A stretch of DNA of 64,000 nt from a virus, in the IMG/VR virus record IMGVR_UViG_2558860386_000003; one strand, written 5' to 3'. Position 1 is the stretch's first letter; the number at the start of each line of letters is the position of its first letter. The notes beneath the pieces were generated by a model. It had not been told where the DNA came from. It was given only the letters and a program-made list of their open reading frames with translations, and ran no database searches. The translations under genes and the position numbers were made by a program. Shown one piece after another: positions 18,083-26,198 of the stretch.

Positions 18083-18937
18083 TTAAAACTCGATGTCTTC
18101 TTGTGCGTAATCTGGTTGGTTTATCTGCTCAAATCTTGAAATTGTGTCTTGCATCGCGGCTACACAAGTAGCAATTTGTTCGTCGGTAAGTTCATCGCTC
18201 ATTGATCGCGCTCCCATCACTGCCGCAAGTTCTGCGCTTGCTGTTGTGCTATCGATGCCACCGCGGGCTTCTCGGTATCCAGCAAACAGATTGCGGATTG
18301 GTTGCATCCTGTCTGTCGCACCAGAGCCGTTTTGAGACGTTGTTTGTGGCTCAACTGATACTTGTTCGGCTTCAACTACAATCGGCTCTTGTGGGGTGTC
18401 TGGTGAGTTCTTAGGCATATGTTCTGCACTTGCAAAGTCGAACATTTCATCTGGAGTGTAGGCAACGCCGAACAAAGCTTCTGGACAAGCTTCACGAGCA
18501 CACGCTGTAATAGCTCGCCACGTGAGCATGGTGAGCGGCTGCTTTTGGTAGTTATCCTTGGTATCGAGCTTCATTTGATGTGCCCAGGAAGCATCGCGAG
18601 TGGCACTAAACGGATAATCTGGGTCATCGCAACGAACAATTGTGCAAGTAGCACTCATGTGCTTTTCGTCTTTTGAAATGCGCAGTTTATGGCCTGCCTT
18701 GCGTACCTGTGCCGCTACAAGCTCAGCGCTCATAGTCGGCTTGCCATTGATGACGTTAATTCGATACAGGCTTTCGGCAGGTGACAAACCCATAGACTGG
18801 CCAAACTGCATAGCCACAAGGACGTTAGCAGCCTTACCACGATAAGACACAGGAATGATGTCAGATTGTGCGAGCGCCTTAGAGATACTCATTTGGTCGG
18901 GAAGGCTTGGCGCAGTCGTAGCTAGTGTTGTTTCCAT
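18083..18937 (-). CDS. RecT/Red-beta-like single-strand annealing protein
   Basis: IIP..YRGK..N...G..MGL.P......I.VINGKP; ML.WRA. Confidence 0.7.
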   Translation of the reverse strand: METTLATTAPSLPDQMSISKALAQSDIIPVSYRGKAANVLVAMQFGQSMGLSPAESLYRINVINGKPTMSAELVAAQVRKAGHKLRISKDEKHMSATCTIVRCDDPDYPFSATRDASWAHQMKLDTKDNYQKQPLTMLTWRAITACAREACPEALFGVAYTPDEMFDFASAEHMPKNSPDTPQEPIVVEAEQVSVEPQTTSQNGSGATDRMQPIRNLFAGYREARGGIDSTTASAELAAVMGARSMSDELTDEQIATCVAAMQDTISRFEQINQPDYAQEDIEF

Positions 18938-19998
18938 TACTTGCTCCTTAAGATGTATTGCTTGCCGTGGGTGTCAAACGCTTTGATGCGAGAAATGCCA
19001 ATACGTGCGCAGAACTCTTGCAACTCAGATGCCTGAGCTTGTGTGCAGTAGCCGCAAAATGCCCACTGGCTTTGCGTTTGGGGCGCTTGTGGTGCGGGAG
19101 CCACTGCTACATTGGGGACTTCACCAGTAATTGCTTCGTATTGCTCAGGTGTCATTACAGAGCCTGTATCCATAGGCTTTGTTGGTACTTGTGTGGCCTG
19201 CTGTGGGGCGTTTTGAGCAACTATTGGCTCACTTGCAGCCATTTGCTCAGCTTGTGCTGCCATCTCAGCTTCTAGGCGTGCTCGCTCTTCCTCACGAGCC
19301 TTGCGCTCGGCTTCAAGGGCAGCCACACGCTCACGCTGCTGTCTGCGCTCGGTGGAGCGGCGCATGGCATCGCCTAAATCTAGACAACTAAAGTAGTCGG
19401 CTTTCAGAGCTGCAGTTTCGTCTGCGTCAAGACCCATTACATCGATAGTCTTCTCATCGTTTGCAATCTGGGATATGTGGCCCTCAACTGACAGACGCAC
19501 TTTCTCGTCTGTGACTGTGAACTTGTCCCAACCCTCGTCTTTAGAGTACTTGTCACGTATGCGCTCAAATGGCACCAATTCCACAAGCGCAGGTGCCATA
19601 TCTTCGTAGGCTTCACGAGCATAACTAAGCTTTTGTTGATAGGCTTGTTCTTCCCACAACTCAATCTCTGCTTTGTAATTGGCATCAATAGATGACAGTG
19701 GCTCTAGTAAGTCTCTAACTTTGGTTTCAAAATCGCGGACAGCTTCTTTAACTGCTTTTGTCTTAGCTTTACGTGCTTCTTCAATCTCTGCAATTGCCTT
19801 GCGTGCGGCAGTGCGCTCGCGCTTGGATTGCTTGTAGTCTGACGCGTCAACGATGGTGTGAGGGGCAAAGTCTTTGAGTACGCTCTCAACTTTTGTTGAT
19901 TGCTCGGATAGCCACATATCCATATCTGACAGACTGGTCAGTTCGTTGTCAATTACGGTTGCTGTAGCTTCTACTACAGCGTCTTTTTTGGTTGCCAT
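18937..19998 (-). CDS. DUF1351-like coiled-coil protein
   Basis: DYK.SK.ER...RK....IE..RK; typical position before recombinase. Confidence 0.65.
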   Translation of the reverse strand: MATKKDAVVEATATVIDNELTSLSDMDMWLSEQSTKVESVLKDFAPHTIVDASDYKQSKRERTAARKAIAEIEEARKAKTKAVKEAVRDFETKVRDLLEPLSSIDANYKAEIELWEEQAYQQKLSYAREAYEDMAPALVELVPFERIRDKYSKDEGWDKFTVTDEKVRLSVEGHISQIANDEKTIDVMGLDADETAALKADYFSCLDLGDAMRRSTERRQQRERVAALEAERKAREEERARLEAEMAAQAEQMAASEPIVAQNAPQQATQVPTKPMDTGSVMTPEQYEAITGEVPNVAVAPAPQAPQTQSQWAFCGYCTQAQASELQEFCARIGISRIKAFDTHGKQYILRSK

Positions 19999-20448
19999 TT
20001 AATCCTCCAAAAGGGTTAGTAAATCGTCTAAAGTAATCTGCACCCACAGGCTGTCTTCGTGTCCGTCGATACGAATAACAGCGCTTGAGATACGGGAGAG
20101 ATCACGCAAAGTCATACGAACAACGTTTCGCCCAAACGTGGGACTTTTCTCTGTAGCTCCACAGCCTGCTGTATGTATTACAAGCAGCCCAAACTCTGCG
20201 TGTGCGTTATTGCGCTCAGCTATTGTCTGGCCTTGCCATCGCTCAACAAGTGCATGTGCCACTTGCTTGTGGTCTTTCGCTTCGATGATGCCTATCATGC
20301 CGTGAGCTTCAATGTGGATGTCTCCCGTGTCGCGCATACCACTAAGAGCCTTGCGGTAGATGGTTGAACCATCATTGTTAGTCCTGGAACACAGCCAACG
20401 GACAATGGCCGTTTCAAAGCGCGTGCCTTTAGCACGCTGGCGGCTCAT
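19999..20448 (-). CDS. Holliday junction resolvase (PD-(D/E)xK)
   Basis: KGTRFE...D.GD...IEAK. Confidence 0.75.
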   Translation of the reverse strand: MSRQRAKGTRFETAIVRWLCSRTNNDGSTIYRKALSGMRDTGDIHIEAHGMIGIIEAKDHKQVAHALVERWQGQTIAERNNAHAEFGLLVIHTAGCGATEKSPTFGRNVVRMTLRDLSRISSAVIRIDGHEDSLWVQITLDDLLTLLED

Positions 20449-20600
20449 AAGTGCAGCTCCTGTGCTGGTACTTGCTTATGCGTCAGGGCGTAGTCTTCAC
20501 AATCCATGCGCCCCACAATGCCAAAGACAATGAGAAACAGCACAACGAAAATGACCGCTTTTACGCGGTCTGAAAGTTCGATATGTAACATGATTGCTCC

Positions 20601-21383
20601 CTACGCTTGGATAGACATTGCGCGAGCGTACTTAGCAAGGAAATAGCGCTGTCCTTTGCCTGTGCATTTAGGCGTGCGGTTAAACGTTACATGCCCATCT
20701 GCATGCGTAACAGCGGTTTCTTTGATGCGGAAAAGTCCTTGTTCGATGTAGCGCTGCTTAGGCACGTTGCGGTTACATCCATGCTTGCCAAGGTAGCCGT
20801 CATCGCGCAAAAGCTTAAAGAGACGGTTTTGACCGACTTTAAAGCCTGCTTGCGTGGGCATTTTGGCAAGTTCGCCTACAAGACAAGTGCCATCAGAAGC
20901 TGCTACTGCATCGGCAAAAAGTGCCTTGGGTGTCATCTCTTCGATTTGGCGGCTTTGCTGGCTAATGCGTGCCTTTTGGCGCTCGATGGTGCCTTGCGCG
21001 ATGATAAAGGCGCGTGCCATAGTCTCTTCTGGTGTTTCGTCTTTGGCGACCATATAGCCGCCGTCTCGGCGGATAGCGGGAAGTACTTCATCAAACACCC
21101 AATGCTCAAAGCGTTGTGCACTCTCAAGTTTGCTTGACGCGATAAGGCGATATAGGTCACCTTCACCAATAAATGACGCATCTTGAGCTCGTCCAAGTGC
21201 ATCAGTGATGGGGTAGCGTTTCACGACCCCACGGCAATGGCGCTTGATGGCATCATTAGTATTTTTATAGCCAAGCGCGGCCGCTACGTCTTTAGCACAG
21301 AACTCGGGGCGCTCTGGTGTGCCAGCGGTGCGCAGCTCACCAAAACGTGAGTTAGAAAATACTTGTACAATGTTGTTGTCCAT
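20601..21383 (-). CDS. Antirepressor (BRO-N + KilAC/ANT)
   Basis: FCAKDVAAALGY, WVFDEVLP.IR, PKALFADAV, TGKGQ.YF. Confidence 0.92.
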   Translation of the reverse strand: MDNNIVQVFSNSRFGELRTAGTPERPEFCAKDVAAALGYKNTNDAIKRHCRGVVKRYPITDALGRAQDASFIGEGDLYRLIASSKLESAQRFEHWVFDEVLPAIRRDGGYMVAKDETPEETMARAFIIAQGTIERQKARISQQSRQIEEMTPKALFADAVAASDGTCLVGELAKMPTQAGFKVGQNRLFKLLRDDGYLGKHGCNRNVPKQRYIEQGLFRIKETAVTHADGHVTFNRTPKCTGKGQRYFLAKYARAMSIQA

Positions 21384-21467
21384 GGTTTTACCTCATTTCT
21401 GGACGTGTCCGTAAAGAGCGGCTACTCTTTGCGGACTTTCTTTATTGATTAGAAAAGGTGGTTTGGA

Positions 21468-21791
21468 ATGCGAGATTTCAAGATTGGTTTCATTGAAATT
21501 GAAAAGATTGGCAGTGAACACGACATCGCATTTCAAAACTTGCCAAAACTCGCCTTGCAAAGCTTTGATGAAAAGTTGCTTACACAACAGCAGATAGAGA
21601 TTCTTCTATTTGGATGGTATGAGGAAGACCGCAACAATACGCAATATATGAAAGTCAGCTACGGTTGGAACGGCGATATTCACTCGATTCATTCGATTCC
21701 AAACTTATATGGATTTACACGCTCTTGGACCATCAATATTTGCCGCAATAGTGGGTGGTGTCGGATTCCGTTTGATAGAGCTACTTGTTAG
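21468..21791 (+). CDS. AT-rich accessory protein on the strand opposite the early operon
   Basis: 107-aa ORF with AAAGGTGG SD. Confidence 0.55.
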   Translation: MRDFKIGFIEIEKIGSEHDIAFQNLPKLALQSFDEKLLTQQQIEILLFGWYEEDRNNTQYMKVSYGWNGDIHSIHSIPNLYGFTRSWTINICRNSGWCRIPFDRATC

Positions 21792-21896
21792 CCTGCTAAT
21801 TTTAAGATAAGCAAGTCAATCAACCTTAGAATTGCTTGACCTATAAAGCCGGCAATAAAGCCTGTTAGTACTGCGCGCTTCCATGGGTGTTCGCCG

Positions 21897-22118
21897 TTAA
21901 CCATTCTTTTCTCCAATCTTTGGTACTGCAAGCGACATAAAATATTTGTCGATAAGCTCTTTTGTGTAATACGGATAGCGAGCATTTGGCAGGTAAATCA
22001 CTGGCAAAGGATTGTGCTTTTGCTCGGTAAGCTCGCGTACTTTCTCATCGCCAATGCCTATGTATCGTGCTGCTTGACGTGTGGTAAGCAGTAGGTGCTC
22101 GGTGCTTGTATCGTCCAT
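21897..22118 (-). CDS. Excisionase / recombination directionality factor
   Basis: LLTTRQAARYIGIG; highly similar to 30774..31019. Confidence 0.75.
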   Translation of the reverse strand: MDDTSTEHLLLTTRQAARYIGIGDEKVRELTEQKHNPLPVIYLPNARYPYYTKELIDKYFMSLAVPKIGEKNG

Positions 22119-22120
22119 AG

Positions 22121-22318
22121 CTAGTCCTTTTCGGTTACTAAGTCTTCAGCAGAGCAACTAAGAGCTTTTGTGACTGCTAAAACTCGACGCAATGGCATAC
22201 CAGCTATGGACTTTGCTTGATACTTAAACAGTGTTCGGTATGGGATGCCTGTCAGGCGGCTTAGGTCACGCCATGTAAGATTGCGCTCATCAAGCAGGTT
22301 CTTAATGTTCGATTTCAT
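22121..22318 (-). CDS. Cro/C1-type HTH protein
   Basis: HTH pattern; paralog of 22302..22523. Confidence 0.75.
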   Translation of the reverse strand: MKSNIKNLLDERNLTWRDLSRLTGIPYRTLFKYQAKSIAGMPLRRVLAVTKALSCSAEDLVTEKD

Positions 22319-22523
22319 GCTTTTGATCCTCCTCTTCGGTGATTAGGTCTTCTGGTCTACACCCCAGATACCGTGCAATGGCTAACACGCGACCAAACGG
22401 GGCATTTTCAAAACCACTCCGTTGGTAAAACATCAATGTGGTGTAAGAGATTCCAGTTTCTCGACTTACATCACGCATGGTCTTGCTAGAGCATGTAAGT
22501 ATTGCCTTGATATTTGATTTCAT
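22302..22523 (-). CDS. Cro/C1-type HTH protein
   Basis: HTH pattern; starts MKSNIK like its neighbour. Confidence 0.75.
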   Translation of the reverse strand: MKSNIKAILTCSSKTMRDVSRETGISYTTLMFYQRSGFENAPFGRVLAIARYLGCRPEDLITEEEDQKHEIEH

Positions 22524-22638
22524 GGGAATCCCCAAACAACAATATTTTGTGGCTTCTTATACATATCTATACAAGATGTTGTATACTGAATACTAAAGAG
22601 AACATATGTTCTTGCGTTACTTTGAAAGGAGGTGAACT

Positions 22639-22806
22639 ATGGCCAAGCCATTACATAAGCCTGGCGAAGATAACCAGCATCCAGGCAAATACATTGAGAC
22701 GGGGCCACGTGGTGGTGTGCTAGATCATCCACGTGTTGTAACCATTGACCCAGGTGATAGGCTCCCGCCAACTTCTCAAGCTGGTAATAAGTGGCAAAAA
22801 TCTTAG
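22639..22806 (+). CDS. YjzC-like small protein, absent from ORF track
   Basis: MAKPLHKPGEDNQHPGKYIETGPRGG...GDRLPPTSQAGNKWQKS; strong SD AAGGAGGTG. Confidence 0.8.
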   Translation: MAKPLHKPGEDNQHPGKYIETGPRGGVLDHPRVVTIDPGDRLPPTSQAGNKWQKS

Positions 22807-22818
22807 TTCCACGTCCTA

Positions 22819-22845
22819 GCCCCAGACGTTAAACGGGGCTTTTTA
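22819..22845 (+). terminator. Terminator between convergent small genes
   Basis: GCCCC/GGGGC stem + TTTTT. Confidence 0.65.
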
Positions 22846-22848
22846 TGT

Positions 22849-22968
22849 TTAACTTAGCTGGATACGTACTTTCCAAAAGCAAAAACACCAATCAAAAATG
22901 TTTATCTGTATCCACGCTTCAGACCAAAAATGGCCGTCTTCTTCATACTTAGTAATGTAGTGATGCAT
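22849..22968 (-). CDS. 39-aa hypothetical protein
   Basis: MHHYITKYEEDGHFWSEAWIQINIFDWCFCFWKVRIQLS with GGAGGA SD. Confidence 0.6.
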   Translation of the reverse strand: MHHYITKYEEDGHFWSEAWIQINIFDWCFCFWKVRIQLS

Positions 22969-23135
22969 ATTTCCTCCAATAGATAAATTGATATCACTGG
23001 CAGTTCTTCGTGTGAGGGCTGCCAACATGCAGATAGCGGGCGTGCATGCTCCACATGACACGTCATATCTGGTATTCGGTTGAGAAGGTACAATTCGAAT
23101 AACTCAGTAGAGAAGGCTTGAAAGAAGGTTTAAAG

Positions 23136-23344
23136 ATGAAAAACTTTGACGATTTTTTAAGCTGGTAAACAATCCTGAGAAACAACAAGAGCGTTTGGAA
23201 TTACAAAAACATGCAGTTAACGAGTACGCAAAAGATGGGAAGTTAAATAGAGATGATGTTGTAAGCGCTTGCATCGCAATAAGTGAAGACACTGCTTTAT
23301 ATCTCATTGAGCTTTATCATCAGTGGATTGCAGATAACGCCTAA
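23136..23344 (+). pseudogene. Small gene split by a -1 frameshift at T TTT TTA
   Basis: MKNFDDFL continues in the -1 frame as KLVNNPEK...LIELYHQWIADNA*. Confidence 0.55.
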
Positions 23345-23515
23345 CTTCTCTTATTTCTATGCTTTGCTCAGGCAACGTTACATACTTGAACAGACTGTTA
23401 GCAATCCATGAGAGTAGCTTTTTGAACATTGCAGCTCCAATCTGCCTTCTCTACTGAGCTATTCGGGTTTCAAGGTACAGGTAGTGCTTCGTGACATAGG
23501 CTTTACGCTTCATTC

Positions 23516-23749
23516 ATGGAGCGGATTGGCAAACATAAACCGAAGCATTTAAAGGCTGGCTCGCGTGAGCAAAGTCCTAAGATGTTGTTACTTGTTCGCG
23601 TCGTGCTTCTCGTGCTTTCCATAGCCGCCGCTTCCGTTCCTATGCCACTTGGCTATGGCGTCCAATTTGCTGTTGGTCTTGCGGAGCTTCTCGTTGATTT
23701 CAAATCCACGGAATGTAAGAGCCAAAAGCAAACTTGCAATCACTCCTAA
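23516..23749 (+). CDS. Small membrane protein, moron-like
   Basis: Two hydrophobic segments; preceded by a CGTGACA box; between 15-bp direct repeats. Confidence 0.5.
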   Translation: MERIGKHKPKHLKAGSREQSPKMLLLVRVVLLVLSIAAASVPMPLGYGVQFAVGLAELLVDFKSTECKSQKQTCNHS

Positions 23750-23760
23750 CAGGTAATCGG

Positions 23761-24024
23761 TCAACTTCTCTCCTTTCGTGCTTGTGGAGTAGTACAGGTA
23801 GTGCTTACACGTGCAAGTGGCTTCCGTTCATCTGACAAACCAAGTAGGTAGTCTGTAGAGCAACCGAAAATATCGGCTAGCTTTGCAATATTTGAACCAT
23901 ACGGTTCAAATTTCCCAAGCTCCCACCTACTAACAGTTGCTGGTGTTACAGATACCAGTTGCGCCAATTGGCCTTGCGTAAGGCCAATACGAACACGCTC
24001 AGACGCGATTAGTCGGCCTTCCAT
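23761..24024 (-). CDS. Cro-like HTH repressor
   Basis: LTQGQLA..V.V...TVSRWE.G; divergent from cI; GGAGGTGA SD. Confidence 0.85.
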   Translation of the reverse strand: MEGRLIASERVRIGLTQGQLAQLVSVTPATVSRWELGKFEPYGSNIAKLADIFGCSTDYLLGLSDERKPLARVSTTCTTPQARKERS

Positions 24025-24035
24025 TTTCACCTCCA

Positions 24036-24127
24036 AACAACATTTGTTGTTAATTAATACTTGTAGAATAACAACAAATGTGTCTAGTAGCAAGTACTTT
24101 TTTAGTATTTAATGAACATATGTTGTT
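24036..24127. promoter_or_regulatory. Phage 1 operator cluster, about ACAACAWWTGTTGT
   Basis: Palindrome-like copies at 24036-24051, 24070-24083 and 24114-24127 between cro and cI. Confidence 0.7.
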
Positions 24128-24144
24128 ATTTAAGGAGATGTAAA

Positions 24145-24780
24145 ATGAAGTACCCCAACAGATTGGCAGATGCCAGGGCGAAGGCTGGACTTACTCAACA
24201 ACAAGTCGCTGAAGCTATTGACATGACAGTTACTGGCTACCAAAACTATGAATGGGGCAAGCGAGATATGCGCTCGTCTACTGTTCGCGCGCTGTCAGAA
24301 GTTCTTAATGTGCCAGCAAATTATTTACTTGGTATTGACGGTATCGTTGAAGCACGAGCCGTCGAAACCGTACAAGTTCCAGTCCTGGGACGCATTGCAG
24401 CAGGCACACCACGTGAAGCTCTTACTGCCTCAGATGAATACCATGGCACACCAGATACGCTTATGCGTAACCGCCACCGTGCTTTTTGGCTTACAGTGGC
24501 GGGCAATTCTATGAACCGCGTCTTTCCAGAAGGCTCTTTGGTGCTTATAGACCCAGACGCTACCATCAACAACGGCGATATAGCTGCTGTATTTGTTAAT
24601 GGAGACGATGCAACACTGAAACGTGTGTATTACGAAGGCGATAGCGTGCGTCTGCATCCAGAAAGTTACGACGTGGAATACAGAGACCGCGTCATTGACA
24701 AGACTGACCCAGAAGCTCCTGAGGTGCATATGGTTGGCAAAGCAGTGTCATATACCGCCCCCGATGGATGGAGAGGGTAG
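24145..24780 (+). CDS. CI-type repressor (HTH + S24 autopeptidase)
   Basis: IAAG cleavage site, GNSM Ser, TLKR Lys. Confidence 0.92.
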   Translation: MKYPNRLADARAKAGLTQQQVAEAIDMTVTGYQNYEWGKRDMRSSTVRALSEVLNVPANYLLGIDGIVEARAVETVQVPVLGRIAAGTPREALTASDEYHGTPDTLMRNRHRAFWLTVAGNSMNRVFPEGSLVLIDPDATINNGDIAAVFVNGDDATLKRVYYEGDSVRLHPESYDVEYRDRVIDKTDPEAPEVHMVGKAVSYTAPDGWRG

Positions 24781-24781
24781 T

Positions 24782-25480
24782 ATGAAAAACGTATATAACG
24801 TATATTGCGATGAAAGCCGAGTTGATTCGCCAGGGCAATTTATGTGTATTGGTGGAGTTATGTGCCCTCAAGACGAGAAGCAGCGTATTGTGCATCGCAT
24901 ACATCAGTTGCGTTATAAACATAACGTACAAGGTGAGTTTGGCTGGAAAACAGTTTGTCCAAGCAAAACTCATTACTTTGAGAATCTTATCAATTACTTT
25001 TTTGAAGAAGATTGTCTTCATTTTCGTTGTGTATTGCTTGATAAAGAAAAGACAAAATTTGCATCAAATAATGATAGATTTCAAAAAACTTACTATCAGG
25101 TCTTCAATAACTGGCTTGACCGTAGATGCCAGTACCATATCTTTATAGACCATAGAGTAGATGATAAAACGCGCATACCAAAATTGCGCCAATGTACTAT
25201 TAATACACGGATGTTTGGCACATCAGTTAAGTTCATAGAGGAAGTTGAATCTTATGAAAATGACTTAATTCAACTTGCGGATTTGCTTATTGGCGCTCTT
25301 GGATACCAATGGAACGAAACATATGCATTACATGGTGCAAGTAAAAGCAAAATAGCCGTATGTGAACTAATCGCCAATCATCTGTCAGTTAAAACTCTAA
25401 ATGGATACACCACCGGTCCAAATGAAGATAAATTCAATGTATTTCACTTCGGCGCTTATGGATTCCCGTGGTGCCAATGA
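24782..25480 (+). CDS. DUF3800-family protein
   Basis: N-terminal VYCDES, central IFID, C-terminal S....LIQLADLL.GA. Confidence 0.8.
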   Translation: MKNVYNVYCDESRVDSPGQFMCIGGVMCPQDEKQRIVHRIHQLRYKHNVQGEFGWKTVCPSKTHYFENLINYFFEEDCLHFRCVLLDKEKTKFASNNDRFQKTYYQVFNNWLDRRCQYHIFIDHRVDDKTRIPKLRQCTINTRMFGTSVKFIEEVESYENDLIQLADLLIGALGYQWNETYALHGASKSKIAVCELIANHLSVKTLNGYTTGPNEDKFNVFHFGAYGFPWCQ

Positions 25481-25974
25481 GTTACTCGATTGATGCAAGC
25501 GGATATTTAGACTTATCAAAATGCTATAAAGGGCTTGGGTGTGATTTATTTCTTGCGAGTAGCCTATCAAAAGAATTTTACTTCTCTGAATTGCAGAATC
25601 TAATTGCTTGGGATGGCACGCATATTATTAACTTACAATATGAAAGCACATGGTGGCATCTAGTTTCTAGGCATGAAATGGGACGCGAAAAAATGAATCC
25701 ACTTACCCACTTAGACTTGGAAAGAGTTAAGCGCTTACCTCTATTAAAACAGGTATTACTTGGTAATGTTGCCGCTGACGTATATAAGCAGACGAACAAA
25801 AAAGGGAAGATTGATGTTGTGCAATTAGTTATCGATCCAAAAAACGAGAATTATTTAGTACTACTTGGCTTGGTTGGCAACGAATATATTATTCGCAGTG
25901 CTTACCCAAGTGATAGCAATTATGTTAACAAAGTAAAAAAACGAAGTGTTTTTACTTCAAAAATTCGACCATAA
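25477..25974 (+). CDS. Hypothetical protein, possible BECR/PBECR-type RNase
   Basis: WWHLVS, DLER.KRL, YLVLL...YIIRSAY pattern; ATGA-coupled to DUF3800. Confidence 0.55.
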   Translation: MSYSIDASGYLDLSKCYKGLGCDLFLASSLSKEFYFSELQNLIAWDGTHIINLQYESTWWHLVSRHEMGREKMNPLTHLDLERVKRLPLLKQVLLGNVAADVYKQTNKKGKIDVVQLVIDPKNENYLVLLGLVGNEYIIRSAYPSDSNYVNKVKKRSVFTSKIRP

Positions 25975-26035
25975 AAAAGCCCCGGATTTCGGCTCCGAGG
26001 CGTTGCCACATCCAAAGCTTTAAGCAAAGGACTCA
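25973..26035 (-). ncRNA. Putative small RNA convergent with the DUF3800 cassette
   Basis: Minus-strand terminator (G-U wobble, U6) and TTTACT-16-TAATAT promoter-like sequence. Confidence 0.5.
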
Positions 26036-26107
26036 ATTAAGATATTACCCTATTCACGTAAATAGTAAATATATTTTGCACCAAACAAAAAATATTTACT
26101 TTTATCA

Positions 26108-26175
26108 TAAAAATTGCCCCTGTCGCATCCGCCAAGAGTGAACAGGGGCACGGCTACATGAGGTGTAACCATGAA
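26108..26175 (-). ncRNA. Putative antisense RNA over integrase 1 leader (UUGGCG loop)
   Basis: Two hairpins + U-tract; TATACT -10; covaries with 28640-28708. Confidence 0.55.
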
Positions 26176-26198
26176 TAAGTATATACCAGGTGGTCGGC

